From: Geosiphon pyriformis uo1
Lineage: Eukaryota; Fungi; Glomeromycota
Direction: 5' to 3'
DNA length: 64,000 nt
Assembly (NCBI GenBank): GCA_016748015.1
Contig: JAAOMT010000128.1
Coordinates: 1,743,538-1,807,537, forward strand
Shown: positions 13,046 through 25,433 of the stretch, piece after piece
Position numbering within the stretch: position 1 is the stretch's first letter
Layout: the number at the start of each line of letters is the position of its first letter
Notes under the pieces: model-generated
What the model was told of the DNA's origin: nothing
Databases searched by the model: none
Seen by the model: the letters and a program-made list of their open reading frames with translations, nothing else
Translations under genes and position numbers: made by a program

Positions 13046-14796
13046 GTGGATATAGAGACTACTGCTAGTAATACCTAAAAAAAAGACTTCTAAGAGTGCT
13101 TTTTATGGTCCTGCTGGTAGTTTTTTTTCTCAGAAGAAGAAAGTATTTCTTGGTAATATTAAACACTCTGGTGATGAAAAAGATATATCCTTGAGCATAT
13201 CTAGATCTGGTGATAGTATTTATTCTGATGTGGAAAGTCTTTCTGGTAAGGACAAAAATGTTAGCATATCTGGTATGGATGGTAGGTTTCTTTTGGGCTT
13301 AGCTGCTACTACATCCAAGGCAAAGTGAGTCAATACTGGTGCTGTTTTTGGTTCTCTATTCAGCTCTTCCAACTTTTGTATGGATGATAATAAAGTTGTG
13401 CTTTTTTTTTGCTTGTCTATTTCTCTTGACAAAAAGTGAATTGATCTAAAAATTATTAAGACTCCTGTGGAAGTGTCAATTAAAAAGTCATTTACTTTGG
13501 ATATTAATCTCTCAGCTGTGGAAGGTAAATTGGCAATGGCAAAAACTCAGTTAATTAAAAAAAATTTTTCATTAGTCAATGGTTTTGGGAGGGCCACTAC
13601 CCTCTCAAAATTTGAAGAAATCAACTGATTTATCTTTACTTCCAAAGGAAATGATCATCATTGCACTAGCTGAGTTTGGTGAAATTAAGTCAATTAAAAT
13701 TCAACTTATTGGATTGTAACAAAAAGCTATGATGGAATTTGCTGATCTAGATTAAGCTGAACAATTGGCTGCTAAATAGTCTCTTTTGATTGGTAAAGAT
13801 TCAGTGTACATGACTATGGCTGTGGGAGATCATGAAACATGGGCATCAAGAGATCAGTTCAGGACTTTGTTGTTTACTTTATCTGTGGAAACAACTGCTC
13901 ATGATTTGGGCACCTTTTTAGATAGAGCTGGTGGGAAAACTTGTGTTATCAATCAATCAATAGATTCTGGCAACCATGTTTGCTGTGTTGTGGTTGGTTT
14001 CGAATCTGAGAAGAAATTAGAATCTGCATATCACACTAAGCTGATATTTGGTGGTGTTAAGCTTTTTTGGGCTAGAATAAATTTGGTTCGTTGTGAAAAG
14101 TGTGGGCACTTTGGTCATTCTGCTTTAAAGTGTGACATGTCAACTATGTCTACTTCCAGGCTCTTATATTCTGTTATGAAAATCCGTTCAGAGGAATGTT
14201 GTCTTTAGCTGGCTAAGTTGTATACAAAAAAAAGTGTTTTTATCTCCTGTTCTGCTGTTTTTAATGGCAAGTCTTGGGCGCAGGTGGTTTTACTTGTTGC
14301 TTTTTCTTCTGGTAGTTCTCATTTCAATTTTGGTTCTGGGTCTGGCTTTCCTTCTCCTGGTACTCCAACTGATAAGGATAATACATTAGTTGCTCAGGAT
14401 AACTCTTTAATTAACAATCATTTAGCTTTACTGGAATGTTCCTTGGAATTGCTGGCTGATCAAGTTTCAAGTATTTTATACAGATTAAATGGTGTTAAAC
14501 TGGTGTCTTTAGTGCCTGTGTCCCAAGTCATGTCTTCAGTTGTGTCTGCTCCTGTATTGTCAACTTCAGATACTGATATGATTTTGGATGTCTCACAGCC
14601 ACCTCTTCCTCCTTCTTTTCCAGTTGCAGAAAAAAAGATGGTAGATTTGGGTTTAAGCAGTTCAAAGATTCTTACTTTCAAAGTCAGTGGTTTGGAATCT
14701 AAGATGGTGGCTCTTGAAGTTTCTATTGACTCAATTTTGGAGAAGTTGGATCTGTTGTGTGTGAATTCAGGTTCTTTGGTACATCTTTTGCATTAA
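13046..14796 (+). pseudogene. LINE ORF1 (RRM-like region, CCHC knuckle, coiled coil), decayed, with an internal deletion near 13650
   Basis: ORF fragments 13786-14208 and 14218-14796; CEKCGHFGHSALKC. Confidence 0.88.
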
Positions 14797-15306
14797 TGAG
14801 TAAGCTTATTTGGAAAGTGGCTATGTGCAATGTCAAGAGTATGTCAAATTTAGCTAAACAGAAGGACATTGTTTGTTGGCATAAAGATTCAGATAACATG
14901 ATTTCTATTATTACTAAGACAAAATTGAGGTCTGACATTAGGCCTTAGAACATGTATAAGTTTGATGGGATTCGGATTTTTACTACTGGACTGGATGTTG
15001 GGTTTTGTGGTGCTAGAGTTGCTGTGATTATGAAAAATTGTTTGGCTCGACATGTGTCAAAGGTAGAGAAGATTCCTGGTTGTCTGATTTCTGTGTGCTT
15101 TTTGTTTAAAAATAAGCTTTCAGTTATGATTTTGGATTTGTATGCTGGTGTATCTATTGGCACATATTTTGGTCAAGCTGCTGATATTAATTCTATGGTT
15201 TCTAAGATGGTCAATCCCAGCTCTTTTGTGATTTTGGGTGGTGACTTTAATGAAAATGGTTCTGGTAAAAGTGCAAGTTTCAAGTTCTGTTTGGGTTTGG
15301 GCTTGG

Positions 15307-16175
15307 TGTTACTCATAGAAATATAGAAAATATATATTAGCATAGTTATTAACCAATCAGAAGTAGATGTAGTAAAATATGGAATTCCAGGATTCCTCTC
15401 AGAAATTGCAGGATTCCAGGAATTACAGGATTCTCACAAGGAATTGCAGAATTCCAGAATTCCAGGATTCCTCTCAAAAGAATTGCAGGATTCCAGAAAT
15501 CCCAGGATTCCTGTTGTGAAAAATTGAGAAATTAAGGAATCTCAATTATGTATATATAGCAGTAGGATTAGAAGCTAAAAAGACAGACCTCTCAGTTTAG
15601 ATTTCATCTGGACAACTTTCCAAACCACAAATAAATAACTGTTTGTTATCTCAAACCTGCTGCTACTATCAACACTTCATGTTGATAATAATTGATACTT
15701 AACCACACTAGAACAATAGCTCTTAATCATGACTATTGATGAAATACTAACTTGTAAATTGCCTTGGCTTATTTCTTTTCTTTCTTTATTTTCTTTTTTT
15801 TTTTTTATTTCTTGCTTTGATTTTATTGTTGTTTACTAACTCTATTGAGGATTAATGTGCAGGGTACTGATGTCAGAATAAACGTGACTGGTAAAAGACC
15901 CAGAAATAAGGGTAGAACACTTGATTGAAGATAGCTTACAGGAGAAATACCAGCCATCAAGCTGAGAAAGAAATTGATGAAACTGTGGTTTCGGGAAGCT
16001 ACAGATAAAACTATTACCATTGAATCTCTGTCCATTATACAAAGAACTCAACCAAACCTTTTGAATACAAACCTTCAGACACAAACCTTCAGATCACTAT
16101 CAATTGCAACTAGATTTGAGCACCAAGTTATGGGTTTGTTATTTAATCCAACACCAGAAATAGTTACCTGTAACA
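15307..16175 (+). repeat. 5' LTR (869 bp) with GGAATTCC/GGATTCC array and TATA-like TATATATAG
   Basis: Direct repeat of 24620-25433. Confidence 0.96.
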
Positions 16176-16177
16176 TT

Positions 16178-16192
16178 TGGTGCTCCCTGTGA
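16178..16192 (+). promoter_or_regulatory. Primer-binding site TGGTGCTCCCTGTGA (tRNA-Ile(UAU)-like)
   Basis: Lies 2 nt after the LTR. Complementary to a tRNA 3' end ...GGAGCACCA. Confidence 0.75.
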
Positions 16193-16234
16193 AGTATAAT
16201 CCTACAGAGAACCAGCACCAACACAAATCTAAAA

Positions 16235-19200
16235 GTGGCAAAATCAAAAAACATAAGAGCAAACCATCTAGGATTTGCGAAATTCTTATTTCAACACTAC
16301 TGTCAACATTTGGAATTAAATCACAACCACATATTAGCAGAATCAGCTTTCAATTTCTACATCAACAAAAGAATTGCCTATCTGTTAGGAACACCAGTAA
16401 ATATTGAATTGGCAAGAAAAGCCTTTTATAGTAAATTAATTCAAAATACTAACCTGCCAACAAATCACAATTTTGCCTCTATTATCATGGAAATCAACAA
16501 AGAAATTGAACACTACATACAGCAAAAATATCCCATTACTTATGCAAGCAAAGGCAAAGGAAAACTGCAAACACCAGCAGTAACACCCAAAAAAATATAA
16601 CTACCTACTTGGAAGAAAACAAGAGTTAAGTCCCCAACTAATCCATCATACCATTATACATCCAGAAGTGCCATTAATATTACATTTACTGGTGCGGCCA
16701 CATCAAACATGACATCAGCATTTGGATGATTCCTATTCCAAAGTAAACAAAGGAAAGCAGAGTTATTAGGACCATACAGCACATATTTTGAAGGATTTAA
16801 CTTACAATTATCAACACCATCAGGACTCTGATTGTTACCATCTCCCCAGATTTCGGAATTTCTGATCCATAAGAAGTAATAGAATCAGAAAAAGAGAAAG
16901 AAGAAGAAGCTGAAGATTAAGAATTCACTTACCAGAACCCAATTGCTGAAAACCCAGAATTTGAAACTCTGAATCTTCAAACCCAGCAAAATCTAAACCC
17001 AGAAAATCCAGAAATCAAAACTCTGAATATTCAGACACTGCCAACTCAGGATAATTGAAACTCTGATTTAATAAATCAACAAAACTTACCTCTAGTAATT
17101 GTCATCGATCAATCACCAATTAATCCAATAGCCAAACCCCTACAACCACCACTTCAACTACTACCACAACAACCCAACTTAGATCCAATGGCCTACACAC
17201 TAATCACAAAACTTGACAATTTTACTGGCAAAGAGAACAATGCCCAAATATGGCTCAATGACATTGAAAAAGCCATAGTGGCCAATGGATGGAACAACAG
17301 TAGAGTCTTTTAAGCAATCTCCTATTTTCTTAAAGATACTGCTGACTTGTGGTATTAAAGTCTAGCCATCAAACCACAAACCTTCAATGAGTTCAAAACA
17401 GAATTTTTGAAATACTTTAGTAATAACAATAGTATTAATCACTTGACCAACACATTTACCATCATCAAACAAGAGAACACAGAAGCAGTCACCACTTACT
17501 TGGGATGCTTCCATAGAAATCTGTGCCAAATTCAGACAATTCAAGCTGATTACTTTACAGTGCCACAGATCTTGAACCAGTTTATCAGAGGATTGCACAG
17601 TAGCATCCTTCAGTAAGTACGTCCAATACATCTAGTTGATCTCTCAACCACTGTCACTCACAATAAAGATTTTGAAGCAGCCAAGCTAGAAGCCAACTAT
17701 GCCCAAGCTGTAAATTTAGTGATGAACGGATCATCTGACTTGGATTCCAAATTAAAACAATTCAGTGATACAATCAATCAAAAACTAGAAGAATACTTAG
17801 TTGACAATCGTGCAATCTATCAACTACCACAATAACGCAATAATTCAGGAAACATGAATTGTTTCCAAAATCAGCTGCATCTATCAACATCATTGTCATC
17901 ATCATTACCCAATCAGCCATGGCAGCCAGAAACACGTGTTTGCCACAACTGTGATAAATAAAGTCACATTAGAGCTGACTGTCAATTTTATAGCAACAAT
18001 TCATGATCGGGAAATCAATATCGAAACCCTGATCACAGATTTCAGACTCAAAATCACTACCCAAATCAAGACCAATATCAAACCACTTACTTGTTAATGC
18101 CACAGCAACCAATCTATCAACCACCAGTATATCAACCTCCAATTTATCAACTGCAGCCACCAGTAATTTATCAGCCACAGCCCAAATAATTTATCAGCCC
18201 CAACAACCAATTCAAACACCACTCCAAAACTCCACTCAAATGATATCAGGAAACCCAAAACCTAGAATCACTCAAAACTGAAGATCGGCAATGGTTGTTC
18301 ATCAACTGATTCCCAGCTCCTTTCACCAACCACCAGACTTTCGACAGCAGAATTTGAGTATCAGTTCCACCCAAAACCCAAATTTCCAGAACTATTTAAG
18401 TCTCTTGGTTATCCCAAAAGATGCCACCACTAACAACTTGGAATCCAACTCACCCCAAATAACACTTACCAACAATATTCCACTAACAATGATCACCAAA
18501 AACAAATCTCTTACAGCCATCTTTCCTTTTGAATTGGAGGAAACCATTAACCCACCTTTGTTCAGTGGAGCAGCACTCAAGGAGAAACCCATCACCACAA
18601 TGTACACTGATGCAAAAGTTGATGGTCACTTCATCAAACTGATCCTAGATAGTGGATCAGCTGGCAGCATTATTACAAGACAACTCATGGATTAATTAGG
18701 TTGTCAAGTTAATCATGCTGCCAGTGCCAGAATTATTACAGCTGATGGAACAACCAAAACACTCATTGAAGAGATTGATGATTTCCCCATAGAAGTCAAT
18801 AGCATTATAGTACCAATCAAAGTACTCATCATGAAAGCCACTTAATATCAAGCACTTATTGGGAATGACTGGCTGTTCAAAATCAACGCAACCCTAGATT
18901 GGAACACCCAAGAGCTCCAGCTTAGCCAGAACGGTGAACACATATGAGTACCAGTCATGTGTGGCCACATCAAGCCCATCATCATGTCATCACTACCACT
19001 TATCAAATTCAAGGAAGAAAAAACAAAACCCACTTGGGAAGTGTACCAAGTCTCATGGGCCGACGTCAATCACAATGAACTGCTGCCAATACTCACCTGG
19101 GACAAAAATGACAACGGAAAAGAGAAACAAAGAGAAGAACCTACCTGGGAAGCCACTATTGATGCTTGGACCAACAACAACCAAAGTGAGATGCCACCAA

Positions 19201-22200
19201 TTCTAGATTGGGAAGAAAAGAGCAAGAAAATAGGAAAAGGAAAAGAAGAAAACATACCTGAAAAAACCACCACTGTAGAAGAAATAACTAATGGCTGGAA
19301 AAGGAAATACTCATGTGAACCAATAAAAGAGTTGTCATATATACCTCTCAAATGCAAAGACTGTGAGAAGAAACTGTCCTCAATGGGAGCTTGAGTAGTG
19401 CCAAATAAAGACTACTGGATGCAAATCCATTACTATTGCAAGTCTTGCCATAGGGAATGATATGGCTACCCAAAAAGACAAAACAAGTGGGACAATGAAT
19501 CATGTCTCACTTGCAGTGAACAATTACTCAATGAAGGAATGTGGAATGACATTTCTGGTCGAGAAGGAATGTGTGACACTTCATGCCAATACATGATCCT
19601 CATCAGTAACTGGGTGAGTCGTGGTACACCCATTACAGCAGTATGGCACCAAGCTATATCCTGCCTAGATGGCTATCCACATGATAAGGATGAAATCTGG
19701 CGAATGGCCAATGCCAAAGTAGAAGATGCTTTGCCTAGTGAAATTCTGAAGATCAAGAATAACCCTCCAGAACCAACAGATATTGTTTTGGTTCTCAACC
19801 TGGACATTTTTATTGACTTAGAAAACAGCCCAGAAGAATTCCATGAACACTATCAGAATCTAGCACCCACAAGAAAAGAGCAAGAGCAATGCTTGGAAGA
19901 AATCAACACCCAATTATGTGACCACTGTTTGATTCCATGTAACTTCCAATTCTGTGATGATTGTGATCTTATCTACAATCCACCACTACACATAATCTAC
20001 ATGATCTCCAAAGAAAAAGAACCAATTAACAGCTACACATCAGAATCAGAATCAAGTTCTAACTCTGATTCAAACTCTGACAACGACGATAACAAAAATA
20101 ATGGTTCCAGCTCCGTTTAAAATGGCTATAACAATGACAATGATTCCAACTCAGATTCAAACTCCAATTCAAACTACGAACAATATATTGCACTTCCTGA
20201 CCTCATCAAGGAGCAAGAACTGAAATGATTCAGTGATAATAATGAAGGTATTATGCCAGAATGTGCACATGATACTGATACAGGATTTGATCTGAGATAT
20301 TCAGGAAAGAACGCCATCAAATTGAAACCTCATTTGTGCACTTGCATTGATCTAAAAATAGCACTGGAAATTTTAGCAACAACAATGGTTCAATTAGCAT
20401 CTAGGAGTAGTTTAGTGAAAAAGGGAATAAACATCAGAGAAAGAATAATTGATGCAGGATATGTAGAAAATATCATTGCTATGCTACAAAATGACTCAGA
20501 AAAGACTTATGTTATAGAGCCAAATGAAAGGATAGCACAGGCAATATTCCTGCCTCTGGTGAAAATAGCTCAGTTAATTTCAGTAGGAAATAGGAAAGAA
20601 TTAGGGATAATAGCAAAAAGGATACAGGGATTTGGATCAATGAGTAGAATAGATATACTAGTCAATATAATGAAAGAAGAAATTATTGGCCAAGGAGAAA
20701 TTATCTCAACTGGTTAAACAATTTCTATTCCACCATATAGCCAATACATGTTAGCAATAGAAAGGAGAGAAAAAGAGCAAAAACAGATTTTTGAAGCAGA
20801 AGCAACCCTTTGTGAATCAGGAGAAATTGGACTTATCAATCTACACATACCAGCCAAGAGCCATAACCATATCAAAATTCCCATCTACAACAACACCAAA
20901 AATGTTGTAGAGATACTAGAAGAAATTACTCTCGAATATTTAACCACGGAAATTGAAGATCAAGCACCAAGCAACATTCCAGATTTTCCACAGCTTTGTG
21001 GATATGTAGACATTACATCACAAACCATTTACAGACAAAACAAATGTTATCTGTTACAGCCAGAACAATTGGAACAGATAAACATAAGAAATCTAGACCC
21101 ACTTCAACAGATGCAATTAAAGATGTTACTCAATAATTTCAATGACATCTTTGCCAATGAAAACGAATTTGGCAGAACTAATATTATCCAGCATCAAATC
21201 AAGACTGGAGATGCAATGCCAATCAAACAGCGAGCATATAGGGTACCACCAGCCAGCCATGAAATCATCTGTCAAAAGATCAACCAAATGCTTGACAACA
21301 GATTAATTCAGCCATCAATGAGTTCATGGTCGTCACCAGTAGTACTCGTCTATAAAAAGAATAGAAAAATCCGATTTTGTGTAGACTACAGGAAACTCAA
21401 TAATGTAACTTGTGGAGACAGTTATCCAACTCCATAAATACAAAAACTATTCAACACTTTTGGTGGAAACAAATGGTTCTCAATATTAGACTTGAATAGT
21501 GAATACTGACAAGTAGTCATGGATCCAGCTGACAAAGAAAAAATGGCATTCACTACAAGAGAGAGAAACTTTGAGTTTGAAGTTATGCTATTCGGCTTAA
21601 CCAATGCCCCAGCTACATTTCAATGGCTAATAGAAATTGTGTATACTAGCTTATTGTAGAAATCAGTAGTTGTATACTTGGATAACACCAATGTGTTCTC
21701 AAAAACATTTGATGATCATCTACATTATCTTCAACAAGTGTTCAAAAGACTACAACAAGCAAAATTAAAATTAAATGCAATGAAGTGTTTTTTTGGCAAA
21801 ACAGAACTAAAACTCTTGGAACACATAGTTAACAAAAACAGCATAAAAACAGATCCAAAGAAAATAGAGATAGTAAAAAACTTTCCAATACCAACCAACA
21901 TAACTGAGCTGAAATCATTTTTGGGATTTGTGAGCTATTATAGATGCTTTATAAAGAACTTTTCAAAGATAGCACAACCACTCAATGATCTTCAAACCAA
22001 AAATGCAAAGTATGAATGGACTAAAACTCAGCAAAAAGCATTTGACATCTTAAGAAAAAAGCTTATTCAAGCTCCAGTATTGATCTATTCAGATCATAGT
22101 AAACCATTCATTATCACTACTAATGCATCAGATCCAGCATTGGGAGCAGTACTATCTCAGAGAAGATTGGATGAAAAAGAACATCCAGTCGCATATGCCA

Positions 22201-23921
22201 GCTAAGGTTTGACTCCAGCTGAAAAGAACTATGAAATACCAGAATTAGAACATCTAGCAATTTATTGAGCAGTTATGAAATGGAAAGAATACTTGAGCCA
22301 AAAGTTTGAGGTATACACAGATCACAAAGGATTGACATCACTCCAAAAACAAGAATTTGGAAACAGAAGACAGTCAAGATAGAAAATGGCTCTTTTGACA
22401 TATACTTATACCATACATTATAAAAAGGGAAAAGACAACAGAAATGCTAATGGTTTATCACGAATAAGACAAATCTAAGAACATTTCAACCCAAAAATAT
22501 AACAAAACCAAAACAATACTCACGAAAATATAACAAAAGATAAACACACAAAAATATCAACAACTTCAACATTATATAGATACTTAACAGTTTAAGGAGA
22601 AATTATCTCAACTGGAACAAAAGAGGATCAAACAACAATCCAAATATTTTATTACTTACCAAAATATACTTTATTGGAAAAATAAAAAAGATTCAGATCA
22701 ACCAACCAGAGTAATTACAGAACCAGAAAAGGAGACAATACTGTTCAACATGCACTCAGATTCAACTGCAGGACATTTTCATAAAGAAGCAACTATAGAA
22801 AAAACCAGAAAGAGATACTATTAGTCATTAATGTATCCAGATATCATCTAATATGTGTAAAATTGTGATGCTTGTTAAAGAAGAGGAGGAACAAGACCCA
22901 GCAAACCATTGAGACCAATCAAAGTGGGACAACCATTTGATCATATTAGAATTGATTTAGTCGGACCATTGACAATTACCAGCAGAGGCAACAGATATAT
23001 TGCAGTAGCCATAAACTATCTTACTAAATGACCAGAAGCCAAAGCAATTCAAAAAGTGGATGCAGAATTTGTTGCCAAATTTGTCTATTAAGATCTGATT
23101 TGTTAACATGGATGTCTAAAAGAACTATTATCAGACCAAAGAACTTATTTTGTGAATAGAACATTAGCAGAACTAAGCTGAAGATTCAGAATTAAGAGAC
23201 CACTATCATCATTATACCATCCACAAACCAATAGATTAGTTGAAAAATTTAATAGAACATTGTGTAAAGCAATAGCAAAACTCAGCCAAGAAAACCAGAA
23301 CAAATGGGATTTGTTCATACTATCAGTATTATTTGCTTATCGGACAATAAAACAAGACACCACACAAGCAACACCATTTGAATTAATATACAGTAGAACA
23401 GCAACATTACCAGTTGAGATAGAGGTTAACACATATTCAACTGAACCAATAACAGAAGAAAATTTCCAAGAAACATTGTTAAGAAGAACATATGACTTAA
23501 TAGAAACATTAGAAAACAAACAAAAAAAAGCAGCTAATAATATACAAAAGTCACAAAAAAAACAGAAAGAAAGACATAATAATCAACTATCAGACAAACC
23601 AGTTGAATTCAAGATTGGAGACAAAGTACTCTTATATTGTACCAAAGCGGAAAAACAATGAAGTGGAAAATTTGACCCCAAATGAGATGGACCATTTCAC
23701 ATAGAAGAAATTTTAGGGAATAAAGCTTACAAATTAAGACTGAATAACAAAATCTTAACCAAAGCAGCACATGGAGATTAACTAAAACCATACCACAACA
23801 TCACACTATTATCCATCAGTAATATTCCACAATTAGAAGTACAGAAGATACTAATCCAACCAGAGAAGATTTCACAAGATCTGGAACCAATCATCATCAT
23901 TGACAACAACACATTAAATTA
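16235..23921 (+). pseudogene. gag-pol polyprotein, disrupted mostly by CGA/CAA/TGG-derived stops
   Basis: Capsid ~17190; knuckle CHNC..HIRADC 17941; protease LILDSGSA ~18640; RT RFCVDYRKLN and YLDN ~21673; RNase H TNAS..ALGAVL; integrase H..GH..C..C, DLVGP, YHPQTN.LVE, GPF. Confidence 0.93.
20253..20660 (+). pseudogene. dUTPase domain within Gypsy pol
   Basis: All five trimeric dUTPase motifs are recognisable: TGFDL, SRSSL, IDAGY, RIAQAIF, R.QGFGS. Confidence 0.93.
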
Positions 23922-23976
23922 ATCTATTAAAAGAATATATAAAGACATAGTAGACATAACAAAAAATATCAGAAAA

Positions 23977-24606
23977 ATAGAAATTACAGATAACATCTAC
24001 TTACTAGCACAACAACTCTTTCAATTGATTCAACACCAAGAGATGGAAATTACAATTAATCAACAAACCATCTAATATCAAGACACTAGAAAGACATTGC
24101 CACATAGAACACAGAAGAAAACAGAAAATACCATTGACAAAATCATTGTGAAAATAAAATTAGCAATAAAAGAGTCAACAAAAAAGTTACTATACCAAGA
24201 GTTGACTAAAGAAACTTGGAATTGATGGATACAACAATTTCCAAGAAACTATTGTTATTTTTACTTGGGACAATATGTGAATATCTAAAATCTATATACG
24301 GATAAAACAAAGTGATTATTTGACACAAGAATACTACAACAATTAGAACATTTTTTGGGAAAAAACAACTTATCTATACAGGCCCAAGCCATATACCAAA
24401 TACACACAGCATTTCAGGATTGACCAGAAATCTTACTCAACAAAGCAATAGATATGGTTACCAGTAATCAATTAGGAAAGATTACCAACACTCAATTTGA
24501 AGAATTACAGACTCAAATAATACAAGTAATTCTTGAAAATGAAATTCAGAAAATACTTTAAGAAGGGAAATTAACAGAGTTAGATTTCGATGGAGCTCAA
24601 TATTAA
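23977..24606 (+). pseudogene. Gypsy ORF3 (~209 aa, unknown function) between integrase and PPT
   Basis: Single frame whose internal stops are all TAA/TGA, reversible to CAA/CGA. Homologous frames occur in the two minus-strand copies, one of which keeps its ATG (10578-10580). Confidence 0.8.
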
Positions 24607-24619
24607 AAAAAAGGAATAA

Positions 24620-25433
24620 TGTTATTTATAAAAATATAGGGAATATATATTAGCATAGTTATTAACCAATCAAAAGTAGATGTAGTAAAATGTGGAATTC
24701 CAGGATTCCTCTTAGGAATTGCAGGATTCTAGGAATTACAGGATTCTCACAAGAAATTGCAGGATTCCTGTTGTGAAGAATTGAGGAATTGAGAAATCTC
24801 AATTATATATATATAGCAGTAGAATTAGAAGCTAAAAAGACAGATCTCTCAGTTTAGATTTCATCTGGACAACTTTCCAAACCACAAATAAATAACTGTT
24901 TGTTATCTCAAATCCACTGCCACTATCAACACTTTATGTTGATAGTAATTGATACTTAACCATACTGGAACAATAGCTCTTGATCACGGCTATTGATGGA
25001 ATACTAATTTGCAAATTGCCTTGGCTTATTTTTTTTCTTTCTTTATTTTCTTTTCTTTTCTTTATTTCTTGCTTTGATTTTATTGTTGTTTACTAATTCT
25101 ATTAAGGATTAATGTGTGGGATACTGACGTCAGGATAAATGTGACTGGTAAAAGACCCAGAAATAAGGGTAGAACACTCGATTGAGAATAGCTTACCAGA
25201 AAGAATACTAGCCATCAAGCTGAAAAAGAAATTAATGAAACTGCAGTTTCGGGAAGCTACGGATAAAACTATTACCATTGAATCTCTGTTCATTATACAA
25301 AGAACTCAACCAAACCCTTTGGATACAAACCTTCAGACACAAACCTTCAGATCACTATCAACTACAACTAGATTTGAGCACCAAGTTATGGGTTTGTTAT
25401 TTAATCCAACACCAGAAATAGTTACCTGTAACA
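24620..25433 (+). repeat. 3' LTR (814 bp), preceded by PPT AAAAAAAAGGAATAA
   Basis: Repeat of the 5' LTR, lacking ~55 bp of the GGAATTCC array. Confidence 0.96.

Larger units (their letters stand above)
15307..25433 (+). mobile_element. Complete Ty3/Gypsy LTR retrotransposon (family 1), 10,127 bp
   Basis: LTRs 15307-16175 and 24620-25433 (TG...CA), TSD TTGG/CTGG, PBS, PPT. Domain order Gag-PR-dUTPase-RT-RH-INT-ORF3. Confidence 0.97.

Noticed and set aside
15823-16192. Short ORFs within LTRs and antisense ORFs over TE genes
   Set aside because: Shadow or chance frames with no motifs.
18180-18190. Programmed gag-pol frameshift
   Set aside because: Better explained as a 1-bp deletion in the YQPQ repeat, since the repeat continues in the new frame.
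20253-20717. Host DUT1 gene or viral insertion
   Set aside because: It lies within pol between paired LTRs and is decayed like the rest of the element.
23977-24606. ORF3 as a retroviral env gene
   Set aside because: No signal peptide, TM segment or furin-site/fusion-peptide pattern is visible.
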